Virus record (IMG/VR): IMGVR_UViG_3300046788_000307
Span: 1 to 55,316 of that record
Source of the DNA: a virus
Lineage: Duplodnaviria; Caudoviricetes
Reading direction: 5' to 3' (one strand)
Length of the DNA: 55,316 bases
In this document: positions 38,872-47,583 of the stretch, piece by piece
Layout of the letters: every line of letters begins with the position of its first letter
How positions within the stretch are numbered: the stretch's first letter is position 1
The notes under the pieces: generated by a model
Databases searched by the model: none
Told to the model about the DNA's origin: nothing
The model's input: the letters and a program-made list of their open reading frames with translations, nothing else
Program-made: the position numbers and the translations under genes

Positions 38872-39387
38872 ATGTCTAATTTCCTCGACTTGCTTAAGCC
38901 TGTTTACGATGCCTTTGCCGGTGGGCGCTATGCGTTTGCCGTCGCACTTGGCGTGATCGCCGCAGTGGCATTGATCAAACGCTATGCTGGATCAGGTAAA
39001 TTCAGTGCCTTCGTGCACGGGGATACCGGCGGATCGCTTATGGCACTTGCAACCGCGATGGCAGGCGCGATGGCTAGCGGACTCGCCGCACCAGGTGCAC
39101 ATGTGACGTTCGCGCTCGTTAAGACAGGACTGCTCGTCGGTATCGGTGCGGCAGGTGGATTCGCTATGCTGAAAAACCTTGTCATCGAACCATTGCTCAA
39201 GCCGCTTGCGGCGAAAGCACCCGCTTGGATGCAACCTCTGTTCGCTCTTATCTTCTTTTTCTTCGATCACGGGGACAACGGTGCGGCAGCGCTTGCGACT
39301 GCACAAGCAGCCGGTGATGCCGCGGTCGCTGCAAAACCTGCCGTGGGTATCGACGCTGTTACAAGTGCGCCGACGGACGTAAAGTAG
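38872..39387 (+). CDS. Multi-pass membrane protein (holin candidate)
   Basis: About four hydrophobic segments; AGGAG SD. Confidence 0.55.
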   Translation: MSNFLDLLKPVYDAFAGGRYAFAVALGVIAAVALIKRYAGSGKFSAFVHGDTGGSLMALATAMAGAMASGLAAPGAHVTFALVKTGLLVGIGAAGGFAMLKNLVIEPLLKPLAAKAPAWMQPLFALIFFFFDHGDNGAAALATAQAAGDAAVAAKPAVGIDAVTSAPTDVK

Positions 39388-39722
39388 TGCGAGTGTTCGT
39401 TAGTGCGGTGCTAGTTGTCAGCTTACTAGGACCTGCATATGCGGACCCCCCTGTCAACGTGCATCTGCGCACACCGTCCACGGTCCATACTGACGGGGGC
39501 GTAGACTTACGGCTGCCGCCAGGTTACTTCCTCGATGAGACCAGTAGGCGCGATCTAGACGCGGAAGTGAAACGCCTGCAAACCCAGGAAATTAGGCTCG
39601 CTGCGGAAAACGCATCGCTCGTGAAAGCTACCCAAGGATGGCAACCCGGGTGGTACACGCTTGCGATTTCTTTTGCTGGTGGGCTTGCATTAGGATGGTA
39701 CGTCTGTGATAGACTGAAATGA
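39387..39722 (+). CDS. Spanin-like protein (signal, coiled coil, C-terminal TM)
   Basis: Architecture and lysis-module position. Confidence 0.45.
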   Translation: MRVFVSAVLVVSLLGPAYADPPVNVHLRTPSTVHTDGGVDLRLPPGYFLDETSRRDLDAEVKRLQTQEIRLAAENASLVKATQGWQPGWYTLAISFAGGLALGWYVCDRLK

Positions 39723-39743
39723 TCGCGCAATCCGCGCGTATGG

Positions 39744-40994
39744 TTGAACATGCTAAAGCTTTGCCGCAGTTGTAATTTGCAAAAGCCCCTTGGCTTGTTT
39801 TGGCAGGATAAAGCACGACCCGATGGGCACAAGGCGCAGTGTAAGGATTGTAGCCGCGCACGGGATCAACGAGAGGCACCCGAACGGGACACGATCCGAG
39901 ACATGCCTCTCCCACGTGCTATAGAGGAAACGCTACCGCCCCTCATCGAGCACCGACTTAAAACCAGGTGCACATCCCTAGAGGCGCAGGTTAGAGATCT
40001 GCTCGGGCAACTCGATAATGCGCAGCGCGTTGCTGAGTTTCGCCGTGAAGCCAGCGAGCACAAAGTAGATCCGATCGAACCGCGCGAGCGCAACCGCGGA
40101 CCATTGCGCGAAGCGACGGCGCTAGCATGTGCGAGCGACTGGCATATCGAGGAGGAAGTTAAGCCGGAACAGGTTGCCGGCCGTAATCGCTACAATCTCG
40201 AGATCGCACAGCGGCGCATGGAGCGCTTTTTCGAAGCTGTGCGATTCGCCATCCGATTCAACCGGCAGATTTTCAAAATCCGCGATCTCGTGCTCTGGAT
40301 CGGTGGTGATATCATCACCAACTATCTACGCGAGGAGGATGTTGAAGCGAATCTGCTAGCGCCACCTAGAGCAATAGCGTTCGCCGTCGCACACCTCGCT
40401 GCGGGTATCCGCCATCTGCTAGAGGATAACGATCTCGAGCGTATTGTCATTCCCTGTAACGACGGCAACCACGGGCGACTTGATGGCAAGGGAAAAATCA
40501 AGCACCGTACGCGCGCGGATAATTCCCTTGAGTGGCTCATGTACACGATGCTGGCACGTGAATTTGCCAGCGAAACTCGCATCCAGTTCCAAATCGCTGC
40601 CGGCGAGATGCTCTACCTAGATATTTACGGGCGCACCGTGCGGTTCGTGCATGGTGACATCGTGCACTATGCCGGTGGTGTCGGCGGTGTGACTATCCCT
40701 CTCTATAAGGCCGTTTCCCGATGGGATACAGTGCGGCGCGCTGATCTCACAGTGCTCGGACATTTTCACCAGTTGACATCGCTCACCGATTTGATTATTA
40801 ACGGATCCCTAATTGGCTACTCACCATATAGCCTCACAATTGGCGCGCGATTTGAACCGCCAGCACAGGCGTTCACGATCCTTGATCCGATGCGTTTCAA
40901 GTCAGTAGCGATGCCGCTATGGGTAGGTGATAGATCCGATGATCAACAAAACCAAGGGTACGAAGGAGCAGATGATGGGACTTCCGACCGATGA
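39744..40994 (+). CDS. Calcineurin-like metallophosphoesterase with N-terminal Zn finger
   Basis: SDWH, GGD, GNHGR, HGD, GHFH; CRSC...CKDC. Confidence 0.85.
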   Translation: MNMLKLCRSCNLQKPLGLFWQDKARPDGHKAQCKDCSRARDQREAPERDTIRDMPLPRAIEETLPPLIEHRLKTRCTSLEAQVRDLLGQLDNAQRVAEFRREASEHKVDPIEPRERNRGPLREATALACASDWHIEEEVKPEQVAGRNRYNLEIAQRRMERFFEAVRFAIRFNRQIFKIRDLVLWIGGDIITNYLREEDVEANLLAPPRAIAFAVAHLAAGIRHLLEDNDLERIVIPCNDGNHGRLDGKGKIKHRTRADNSLEWLMYTMLAREFASETRIQFQIAAGEMLYLDIYGRTVRFVHGDIVHYAGGVGGVTIPLYKAVSRWDTVRRADLTVLGHFHQLTSLTDLIINGSLIGYSPYSLTIGARFEPPAQAFTILDPMRFKSVAMPLWVGDRSDDQQNQGYEGADDGTSDR

Positions 40995-41433
40995 CAAAGC
41001 ACGCAAGGACTTGCCGATTTTCCGCGGTCCATTGATGTATTTCCCGGACGCGTTGCTCGCACTAGCAGCAGTCTGCCAGCGCGGTAATGACCAACATAAC
41101 CCCGGGGAGGCGCTCCATTGGGCGCGTGAGAAATCAACCGAGCAAATGGATACCGCCCTCCGTCATATGATGGATCATGGTCTCGGTACGTTGCGGGATA
41201 CGGATGGCATGTGGCATCTTGCGAAAGCTGCTTGGCGGCTGCTGGCTGAGCTCCAATTGACGATTGAAAAAGAGGCGATCCCACAGCAGATTGACGATCA
41301 CCCAATTGATCGAGCCGCCCGCACTCTCACAGCATATCCAGCAGGCAACGAAGGATGCCGCTATTGCAAAGGACTAGGACACATGTGCCCGACCTGCAAA
41401 AAGGTATATGACGCGTTTACAGGTGTGCCATGA
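40972..41433 (+). CDS. dATP/dGTP diphosphohydrolase-like (DUF5664)
   Basis: YFPDAL, GNDQHNPGE.LHW.R.KS, ALRH, HLAKAAWR.LA.LQ. Confidence 0.75.
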   Translation: MMGLPTDDKARKDLPIFRGPLMYFPDALLALAAVCQRGNDQHNPGEALHWAREKSTEQMDTALRHMMDHGLGTLRDTDGMWHLAKAAWRLLAELQLTIEKEAIPQQIDDHPIDRAARTLTAYPAGNEGCRYCKGLGHMCPTCKKVYDAFTGVP

Positions 41434-42200
41434 TTCTCGGCCTAGACTATGCGAGCGTGGACGGCGGGCATATCGAGCCGTCAAAGACTGGCGCGCGCTT
41501 TGCCTATATTCGCGCGTCGGGCAGCTTAAGCGCCGACCCGACATGGGCGCTGGATCGTATCCGATGGGCTGCCGCAGGTATTCCAGCAGGTGCTTACCAC
41601 TGGTTTAATTTCCATGCGGATCCAGTAGTGCAAGCGCAAACATTCATCTCATCGGCGGGCGAGCGTGCTGCTAGCGAGCTCCCCCCGGCGTTGGATCTCG
41701 AGGCTGATTCCGCTACAGCGCTAGGCTTAACGCCGCAGGAATGTCTCCGACGTGCCGAGGCATGTCTGTCGGAGCTCGTCACGCACTACCATTCGGTTGT
41801 GATCTACACATCGATGCGCGTGTGGCTGGATGTGTTCGGGGATGCGTCAAGTTTAGCGATGGGTACCTGCCCGCTTTGGCTGAAAGTGCCATATGTTTGG
41901 AATGCTAAGAATCGCCCGCATCTTGAGTCCGCACCCGTACTCTGGGAAACCCCTTCTCCGTGGCGCGGACCATCCGCGGGCACGTGGATGGTGCAGTTTC
42001 AAGGCGATGCGGTTGGATTGCCGGGCACCACGAGTACGGTTGATCTGAATGAATTCCTGCCGCATTCGGCGGGATCGTCGGGGTATGACACGATGTTGCG
42101 CCTATCTGGGCATCCGAATACGCGCGCATTTCAAGCAGCGCACGGTCTGGTTGCGGATGGCATTATCGGGCCTAAGACTTTCGCGGCTTTGGCACGCTAG
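41430..42200 (+). CDS. Endolysin: GH25 muramidase plus peptidoglycan-binding domain
   Basis: GLD, FAYIRAS, GAYHWF, PPALDLE, VDLN; FQAAHGLVADGIIGPKT. Confidence 0.9.
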   Translation: MILGLDYASVDGGHIEPSKTGARFAYIRASGSLSADPTWALDRIRWAAAGIPAGAYHWFNFHADPVVQAQTFISSAGERAASELPPALDLEADSATALGLTPQECLRRAEACLSELVTHYHSVVIYTSMRVWLDVFGDASSLAMGTCPLWLKVPYVWNAKNRPHLESAPVLWETPSPWRGPSAGTWMVQFQGDAVGLPGTTSTVDLNEFLPHSAGSSGYDTMLRLSGHPNTRAFQAAHGLVADGIIGPKTFAALAR

Positions 42201-42248
42201 GACGATTTTGCTTGCTGCACGGGTGCGGTTCGTGCGATCTAATAATCC

Positions 42249-42461
42249 ATGACCATCCGATCGATCGAGGCACTGATTGAATCCTGGATGCGGAGCCGTA
42301 GGTTGCGATTCGCTTTTAACGAATCCGCTGTGGTGCCTCTTAATCAAAGAAGTGCAGTTGCCGACCTGGCTGCAACACTTGAAGATGCCGAGAAGACATC
42401 TCCAACCCGGGATATCGATCCTGCTGTTCTCGCTGCGGCCATCGCGGCATCGAAGGAATAA
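42249..42461 (+). CDS. Hypothetical protein
   Basis: 70-aa ORF. Confidence 0.5.
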   Translation: MTIRSIEALIESWMRSRRLRFAFNESAVVPLNQRSAVADLAATLEDAEKTSPTRDIDPAVLAAAIAASKE

Positions 42462-42464
42462 CTC

Positions 42465-42623
42465 GTGAAAAAGTCTAAAGAGACAAGCGGTTTTGCCTGC
42501 ATGGAATGCGGGCACAAATTCAAAACCCTAAAGGCAGCTGAAAAAGCCTCATTCGGTCCGCATGGTTGCCCTAAGTGTGGCAGCGCGGATATTGATCTGG
42601 AGTCCCAAGATGTTGCGACCTAG
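42465..42623 (+). CDS. Zinc-ribbon protein
   Basis: Hand translation ...FACMECGHKF...GCPKCGSADI...; AAGGA SD, GTG start. Confidence 0.65.
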   Translation: MKKSKETSGFACMECGHKFKTLKAAEKASFGPHGCPKCGSADIDLESQDVAT

Positions 42624-42876
42624 CGAACCCACGCTCGTCATCTGCAAGCACCCGCCCAAGATCATACCGACGCCGATCGTTTACCCCGAGTTACAGCTAG
42701 CGCGTGGGACTAAGCAGAATGTATCTCAGATCTACGAGCACCCGATGGGCACCCATTGGCTGATGCTCGCGCGACTCGAGCAACTATCCCGTAATATGGC
42801 GATAGCAGGGGCGCTCGAGATGGCCTACCGTCGCGGATTGCTGCATGAGCGGCAATACGGAGCACTCTCGCGATGA
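42610..42876 (+). CDS. Hypothetical protein
   Basis: Stop overlaps the start of the following ASx unit. Confidence 0.5.
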   Translation: MLRPSEPTLVICKHPPKIIPTPIVYPELQLARGTKQNVSQIYEHPMGTHWLMLARLEQLSRNMAIAGALEMAYRRGLLHERQYGALSR

Positions 42877-43124
42877 TGATGGTCGCTATCCTCGCCAGCC
42901 GCGCCAGCTACGCCAGCTACGCCAGCCGCGCCAGCTACGCCAGCGACGTCAGCTACGCCAGCCGCGCCAGCCGCGCCAGCCGCGCCAGCCCCGCCAGCCC
43001 CGCCAGCCCCGCCAGCCACGCCAGCCACGCCAGCCCCGCCAGCCGGCTAAGAGTCGCCACCTACGCTAACTGTGCCAGCTCCGCCAGCGACGCTAGCCGC
43101 GCCAGCCGGCTAAGAGGCGGATGA
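42873..43124 (+). CDS. ASx-repeat peptide (apparent fusion of two units), ends RLRGG
   Basis: Internal SRLR-VATY junction; followed by stub MMVAPS* (43121-43141). Confidence 0.75.
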   Translation: MMMVAILASRASYASYASRASYASDVSYASRASRASRASPASPASPASHASHASPASRLRVATYANCASSASDASRASRLRGG

Positions 43125-43679
43125 TGGTCGCCCCGTCGTAAGCGCGCGGCGAATACCGAGCCGCGCCAGTGCGTGCAATCCGATCCCGACGGCATCCGCC
43201 GCATCATGGTTTAAAGATTGCGCAATCATGCGCTCTGCGTCATTAAGACGCGACCAGATGCGTACCCCGCGCGGCGATGCCCAATATTTGCCTTTGCGGG
43301 TATCTTTTGAAAGCTGTCCAGTCCATTCGGATGGCAAATATGTGCGAATCTCGATTCGCTCGCCTCGGCTCTCTGCAAAAACCGCCAACGCGCAGCTGAC
43401 GGCACCATCAACCGCAGCCATGGCGATCAGATCGTTAGGATCGACGCGAGATCGCGGATAGACCTGTGGCCACTCGTAAGCCACCGTCGATACTTTGGCA
43501 CTATATTTAGTTACCCACGTGACGATGATACTAGCTGCTGCAAGAGCTCGCTGTCCGTGTGTCATACTGACGCTCGCGGGAATTGAGAGATGTGCGGCAG
43601 CTATAAGCAATCCGTCACGAAACAGCGCGACACCAGGCGAATTGATACCAGGGTCGACAGCAAGTAAATCAGACATCAC
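43110..43679 (-). CDS. RuvC-like Holliday junction resolvase
   Basis: LLAVDPG, AYEWPQ, PSEW, HDAADAVGIG. Confidence 0.8.
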   Translation of the reverse strand: MMSDLLAVDPGINSPGVALFRDGLLIAAAHLSIPASVSMTHGQRALAAASIIVTWVTKYSAKVSTVAYEWPQVYPRSRVDPNDLIAMAAVDGAVSCALAVFAESRGERIEIRTYLPSEWTGQLSKDTRKGKYWASPRGVRIWSRLNDAERMIAQSLNHDAADAVGIGLHALARLGIRRALTTGRPSSAS

Positions 43680-43888
43680 CCGCCTCTTAGTCGGCTGGCG
43701 TAGTTGTAGTAACTGGCGTAGCTGGCGCGGCTAGCGTAGCTGGCGCGGCTAGCGTAGCTGGCGTGGCTGGCGAGGCTGGCGAGGCTGGCGCGCCAAGCGT
43801 AGCTGGCGTGGCTGGCATCGCTAGTGCGGCTGGCGTGGCTGGCGTAGCTGGCGCAGCTGGCGTAGTTGGCTAGGGTAGCGACCATCAT
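43676..43888 (-). CDS. ASx-repeat peptide B5, ends RLRGG
   Basis: 70 aa; stop overlaps the resolvase start. Confidence 0.75.
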   Translation of the reverse strand: MMVATLANYASCASYASHASRTSDASHASYAWRASLASLASHASYASRASYASRASYASYYNYASRLRGG

Positions 43889-43895
43889 CCGCCTC

Positions 43896-44180
43896 TTAGC
43901 CGCTCCTTAACCGGCTGGCATAGTTGGCGTAGTTGGCGTAGCTGGCGTAGCTGGCGTGGCTGGCGTAGTTGTAGTAACTGGCGTAGCCGGTGTAGCTGGC
44001 GGAGCTGGCGTGGCTGGCGCAGCTGGCGTAGCTGGCGTAGCTGGCGCGGCTGGCGTCGCTGATGTTGCTGGCGTCGCTGGCGTAGCTGGCGTAGCTGGCG
44101 GGGCTGGCGGGGCTGGCGCAGCTGGCGCAGCTGGCGCAGCTGGCGCAGCTGGCGTAGCTGGCGAGGATAGCGACCATCAT
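43896..44180 (-). CDS. ASx-repeat peptide B4, ends RLRSG
   Basis: 94 aa; tail DNA duplicated. Confidence 0.75.
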   Translation of the reverse strand: MMVAILASYASCASCASCASCASPASPASYASYASDASNISDASRASYASYASCASHASSASYTGYASYYNYASHASYASYANYANYASRLRSG

Positions 44181-44434
44181 CCGCCACTTAGCCAGCTGAC
44201 GTAGCTGACGTAGCTGGCGTCGCTGGCGTAGCTGGCGTGGATAGCGTGGATAGCGTGGATAGCGTCGCTGGCGCGGCTGGCGTAGCGGGCGTAGGTGGCG
44301 GAGCTAGCGTCGCTGGCGTCGCTGGCGTCGCTGGCGTCGCTGGCGTAGCTGGCGCATCTGGCGCAGCTGGCGCAGCTGGCATAGCTGGCGCAGCTGGCAT
44401 AGCTGGCGTAGCCGGCTAGGATAGCGACCATCAT
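44177..44434 (-). CDS. ASx-repeat peptide B3, ends WLSGG
   Basis: 85 aa; contains (AIH)3. Confidence 0.75.
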   Translation of the reverse strand: MMVAILAGYASYASCASYASCASCARCASYASDASDASDASDASSATYARYASRASDAIHAIHAIHASYASDASYVSYVSWLSGG

Positions 44435-44697
44435 CCGCCTCTTAGCCGGCTGGCGCGGCTGGCGCGGCTGGCGTGGCTGGCGTCGCTGGCGTAGCTGGCG
44501 TAGTTGGCGTAGCTGGCGGGACTGGCGTAGCTGGCGTAGCTGGCGAGGCTGGCGCGGCTGGCGTCGCTGGCGTCGCTGGCGTAGCTGGCGTAGTTGGCGT
44601 AGCTGGCGGGACTGGCGTAGCTGGCGTCGCTGGCGTAGCTGGCGTCGCTAGCTAGGGTAGCGTGGCCGGCGTAGTTGGCTAGGGTAGCGACCATCAT
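44431..44697 (-). CDS. ASx-repeat peptide B2, ends RLRGG
   Basis: 88 aa; higher-order internal duplication. Confidence 0.75.
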   Translation of the reverse strand: MMVATLANYAGHATLASDASYASDASYASPASYANYASYASDASDASRASLASYASYASPASYANYASYASDASHASRASRASRLRGG

Positions 44698-44915
44698 CCG
44701 CCTCTTAGCCGGCTGGCATCGCTGGTGTAGTTAGCGTCGCTGGCGTAGCTGGCGTAGCTGGCGCGGCTGGCGTAGCTGGCGTAGCTGACGTAGCTGACGT
44801 AGCTGGCATCGCTGGTGTAGTTAGCGTCGCTGGCGTAGCTGGCGTAGCTGGCGTAGCTAGCGTAGCTGGCGTAGCTGGCGTAGCTGACGCGGCTGGCTAG
44901 GGTAGCGATCAGCAT
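44694..44915 (-). CDS. ASx-repeat peptide B1, ends RLRGG
   Basis: MLIATLASRVSYAS...; start overlaps the end of the vWA gene. Confidence 0.75.
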   Translation of the reverse strand: MLIATLASRVSYASYASYASYASYASYASDANYTSDASYVSYVSYASYASRASYASYASDANYTSDASRLRGG

Positions 44916-46018
44916 ACATCCTGCAAACGAATCGCCTGGCACCCATCGGGCAATGAGCGATCTGTAGTACAGAGCACAATCATATTAGAAGGGGTTACTT
45001 CGGGCCACGGAGTATCGCCGTCGGTAATCACCACTAGCATATCGCATTTTCCAACCTGCGATATCCCCTGGCGCAAATCAGTCCCGCCACCTCCGCGCCA
45101 TGTGCGGGGCATTCGGGTGCTGCGACCTGTAACCGCAGCATCACACGCTACCACCGTCATGCGCGTAGTAATCGATCGCATCGTTGCGAGAGCTCCCATC
45201 ACTACATCCCCTTCGCTGCCCATAGATCCCGAGGTGTCGACGACAACTCCGATATGCGGCACCGTCCGCGCGGTGCTCGGACGAATCGGCTGATTATCCC
45301 GCTGCCTACGTGCTGGACGCGCTGACCATACTTGGCGACCGCGTAGTGTGGCTGTCGCACCGAGCACCGCACGACGCAATAGCGTGCGCCACGGAATCAC
45401 TACCGGAACAGCTCGCGCATCCGCCCAGACTTGCACACCTGCCGGTACTGACCCGCGGCCATGCTGTGCTACATGCGCGCGCACATCTTGTGCCACAGCG
45501 TCCCGAAGAGTTTCAGCATTACCCGGCTCCACCCCACCGTCAGATATTTCCCAGTCGTGGGGGCAGCCAGCACCACTCCCACCTGCACACACTCCAGCGG
45601 ACGGCATTGCTACAGTATGTTCGCTATAATAATCCTCAGCCGTAAGCCCCTCTTGCCATCCTAGTTTCTTGGGGTGCACGCAATCAGGTGGTAATTCGCC
45701 GTCAAGTGCATCATCATTGATCTCGGCATCGCCACAACAATTCCACGCCCGGGCATCCGCCGATATCGCTTTTGCACGCTCGAAATGATCACGGAGTAAA
45801 TGCTCCACCTCATGCGCTGCAATTACTGCCCCGCGGTGCGCAGGATCTAATCCTGCTAGCCACTCGGGATCGTAGTATAAATGCCATCGCGCATCAACCG
45901 CGATCGTGCCCAAACCCGGTTTAGCGATCGGGGTTAATGCTGCAATCGCCCGCGCGTAGTAGGGACGGATCAGTCGCGCGGAAAGCAATGCTGATGCAAT
46001 TAGTTCAGAATCCATCAT
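44909..46018 (-). CDS. HExxH metallopeptidase-like plus vWA domain protein (DUF2201-type)
   Basis: AHEVEHLLRDH, WN...D.EIND; MIDAS DTSGS, GGGGTD, TDGDTPWP. Confidence 0.88.
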   Translation of the reverse strand: MMDSELIASALLSARLIRPYYARAIAALTPIAKPGLGTIAVDARWHLYYDPEWLAGLDPAHRGAVIAAHEVEHLLRDHFERAKAISADARAWNCCGDAEINDDALDGELPPDCVHPKKLGWQEGLTAEDYYSEHTVAMPSAGVCAGGSGAGCPHDWEISDGGVEPGNAETLRDAVAQDVRAHVAQHGRGSVPAGVQVWADARAVPVVIPWRTLLRRAVLGATATLRGRQVWSARPARRQRDNQPIRPSTARTVPHIGVVVDTSGSMGSEGDVVMGALATMRSITTRMTVVACDAAVTGRSTRMPRTWRGGGGTDLRQGISQVGKCDMLVVITDGDTPWPEVTPSNMIVLCTTDRSLPDGCQAIRLQDVC

Positions 46019-46182
46019 TTACTCCTTAGCCGGCTGGCGTGGCTGGCGAGGCTGGCGTGGCTGGCGAGGCTGGCGTGGCTGGCGTAGTTGGCGTAGCTGG
46101 CGTCGCTGGCGTCGCTGGCGTAGCTGGCGTAGCTGGCGCAGCTGGCGTAGCTGGCGCAGCTGGCGAGGGTAGCGACCATCAT
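46015..46182 (-). CDS. ASx-repeat peptide between MoxR and vWA genes, ends RLRSK
   Basis: Hand translation, 55 aa; ATGA overlap with both neighbours. Confidence 0.75.
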   Translation of the reverse strand: MMVATLASCASYASCASYASYASDASDASYANYASHASLASHASLASHASRLRSK

Positions 46183-47195
46183 CTTGCCGATCGAATCCGA
46201 TTAGCCAGATCTTGCGCTTCATCCGGCACTTCGTCAGTAGCATCGATCAGCACTTTCGCCGCACCTAGCGAGCAGTCCGGGCGCGTGCTGGCGAGCAGTT
46301 TCCATGCTCGCGAGATACGTCCAGAGCGATCTTTGTGCTGAGACAAAGCCGCAGCTGCGACGGACAATAAAGCCGCTGACACCTGGTCACCACGTTTAGG
46401 CAGCTTTGCGGTGCCCGCTAGGAGCGCCTCAGGATCAGGTAGATCACGCGCCACATGATAAGCATGCCATTCACTAGCCGCGGCATCGCCTACGCAGCCG
46501 GCCACAAGCATCCTGGCATCCGCCATCTCGCCGAACGCCATCGCCCTAATCGCTGCCGACCAACTACGCGGACTAGGCCAAGCGCGGCTATCCGTCGCGG
46601 GGGTACGCACACACAACGCAGCCGGGGATCGTGCCACCCACGCACAAATGCTTGCAGCCGCACTAGCTTCACCTGCTGTCAAATTAGATCCCCACCCGCT
46701 AAGTGTGCCGGAAATCCATGTAGATGGATCGACGGTCCAGTCGAGGTGCGCCCAGCGGTTTGACGTTGCCGCGCTGAGATCCCCACCATCCGCAGCAGCA
46801 TCGATAGGGTTCGCAGCTGCCGCAATGCGCACGCCCCTAATGGACAATTCGCCTACCGCGCGCTCATTTACTACCCGTAGCAATGCTGCCTGCACAGATG
46901 GCGGTGCGCAGGAGAGCTCGTCCAAGATCAGCCAAGTAGGTTTGCCGGCATCAATCGATTGCCGCAACCGACGCGCCCACGGGGGCGCGATATTGATCAC
47001 GGTATCGCCGCGGGGCAAGAGATACCCGCCGACATCGATCGGATCCAACTGGCTGCCGATCAGCACCTCTGCATGCGCTCCCTCTTGATGCGCAAGTGCA
47101 AGCAGCGCAGCAGTCTTGCCCGTACCGGGCTGCCCCCATAGAAGCACGGGCACATCCGCACGCAAGTAGGCACGCAAGAGTGAGAGCGCTTTCAT
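46179..47195 (-). CDS. MoxR-family AAA+ ATPase
   Basis: GQPGTGKT, ILDELS, AAANP, NRWAH, PSPRSW. Confidence 0.9.
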   Translation of the reverse strand: MKALSLLRAYLRADVPVLLWGQPGTGKTAALLALAHQEGAHAEVLIGSQLDPIDVGGYLLPRGDTVINIAPPWARRLRQSIDAGKPTWLILDELSCAPPSVQAALLRVVNERAVGELSIRGVRIAAAANPIDAAADGGDLSAATSNRWAHLDWTVDPSTWISGTLSGWGSNLTAGEASAAASICAWVARSPAALCVRTPATDSRAWPSPRSWSAAIRAMAFGEMADARMLVAGCVGDAAASEWHAYHVARDLPDPEALLAGTAKLPKRGDQVSAALLSVAAAALSQHKDRSGRISRAWKLLASTRPDCSLGAAKVLIDATDEVPDEAQDLANRIRSAR

Positions 47196-47521
47196 TACTT
47201 CGTGCTCCTAATTTCATCCGCATCAGCCGAACGCGCGAGGGGCTTCAGATCGCGCGCGCAAGGCGTGGCAATCAAGACGCCATCCTTGTGCAGTACCGTG
47301 CCATCCGGTAGGCGCCAATGCCGTGCCGAAATAGCGACCATTTCCTTAGCCGATGTTGCGAGGGCGATATCACCGATCAAGGTCTTACCGGAGTTAACTG
47401 CCTCAAGATACACGCAATCCTTGATTGTAATGAGATCGCCCTCAACGCTGGTTATCGTGCCACCGATCAGCCACGACGGGGGGGTGAAAAAAACGTAGGT
47501 CTGTCCGACTTTGAAATTCAT
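47195..47521 (-). CDS. Small beta-barrel (Sm/SH3-like) protein, unknown function
   Basis: FKVGQTYVF...GTITSVEGDLITIKDC pattern; TAATG-coupled to MoxR; fold is inferred. Confidence 0.55.
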   Translation of the reverse strand: MNFKVGQTYVFFTPPSWLIGGTITSVEGDLITIKDCVYLEAVNSGKTLIGDIALATSAKEMVAISARHWRLPDGTVLHKDGVLIATPCARDLKPLARSADADEIRSTK

Positions 47522-47553
47522 TTGATTTGGTCCTGTTGGTTTCGAGCAATTCA

Positions 47554-47583
47554 TCTATCGCATGGAACGCGATTACAAGTCAA
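47554..47583 (-). promoter_or_regulatory. Promoter TTGACT-N15-TG-C-GATAGA
   Basis: Same spacing as the two promoters of the isolated ASx units. Confidence 0.55.

Larger units (their letters stand above)
43676..44915 (-). repeat. Array B of five ASx-repeat peptide genes
   Basis: 9-bp period with conserved junctions at ~43886, 44178, 44432 and 44695. Confidence 0.95.

Noticed and set aside
40972-41433. 2-aminoadenine (Z) genome pathway suggested by DUF5664 plus the HD hydrolase
   Set aside because: No PurZ or adenylosuccinate synthetase-like gene seen, and adenine methylases are present.
43676-44915. CRISPR array
   Set aside because: The inter-junction segments are 150-350 bp of 9-mer repeats rather than unique ~35-bp spacers, and there is no cas operon. 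The Cas4-like gene is an ordinary phage nuclease.
43676-44915. Diversity-generating retroelement (NNC codons resemble AAC mutagenesis)
   Set aside because: No reverse transcriptase and no AAC-rich template repeat in the window; variants occur in slippage-like runs.
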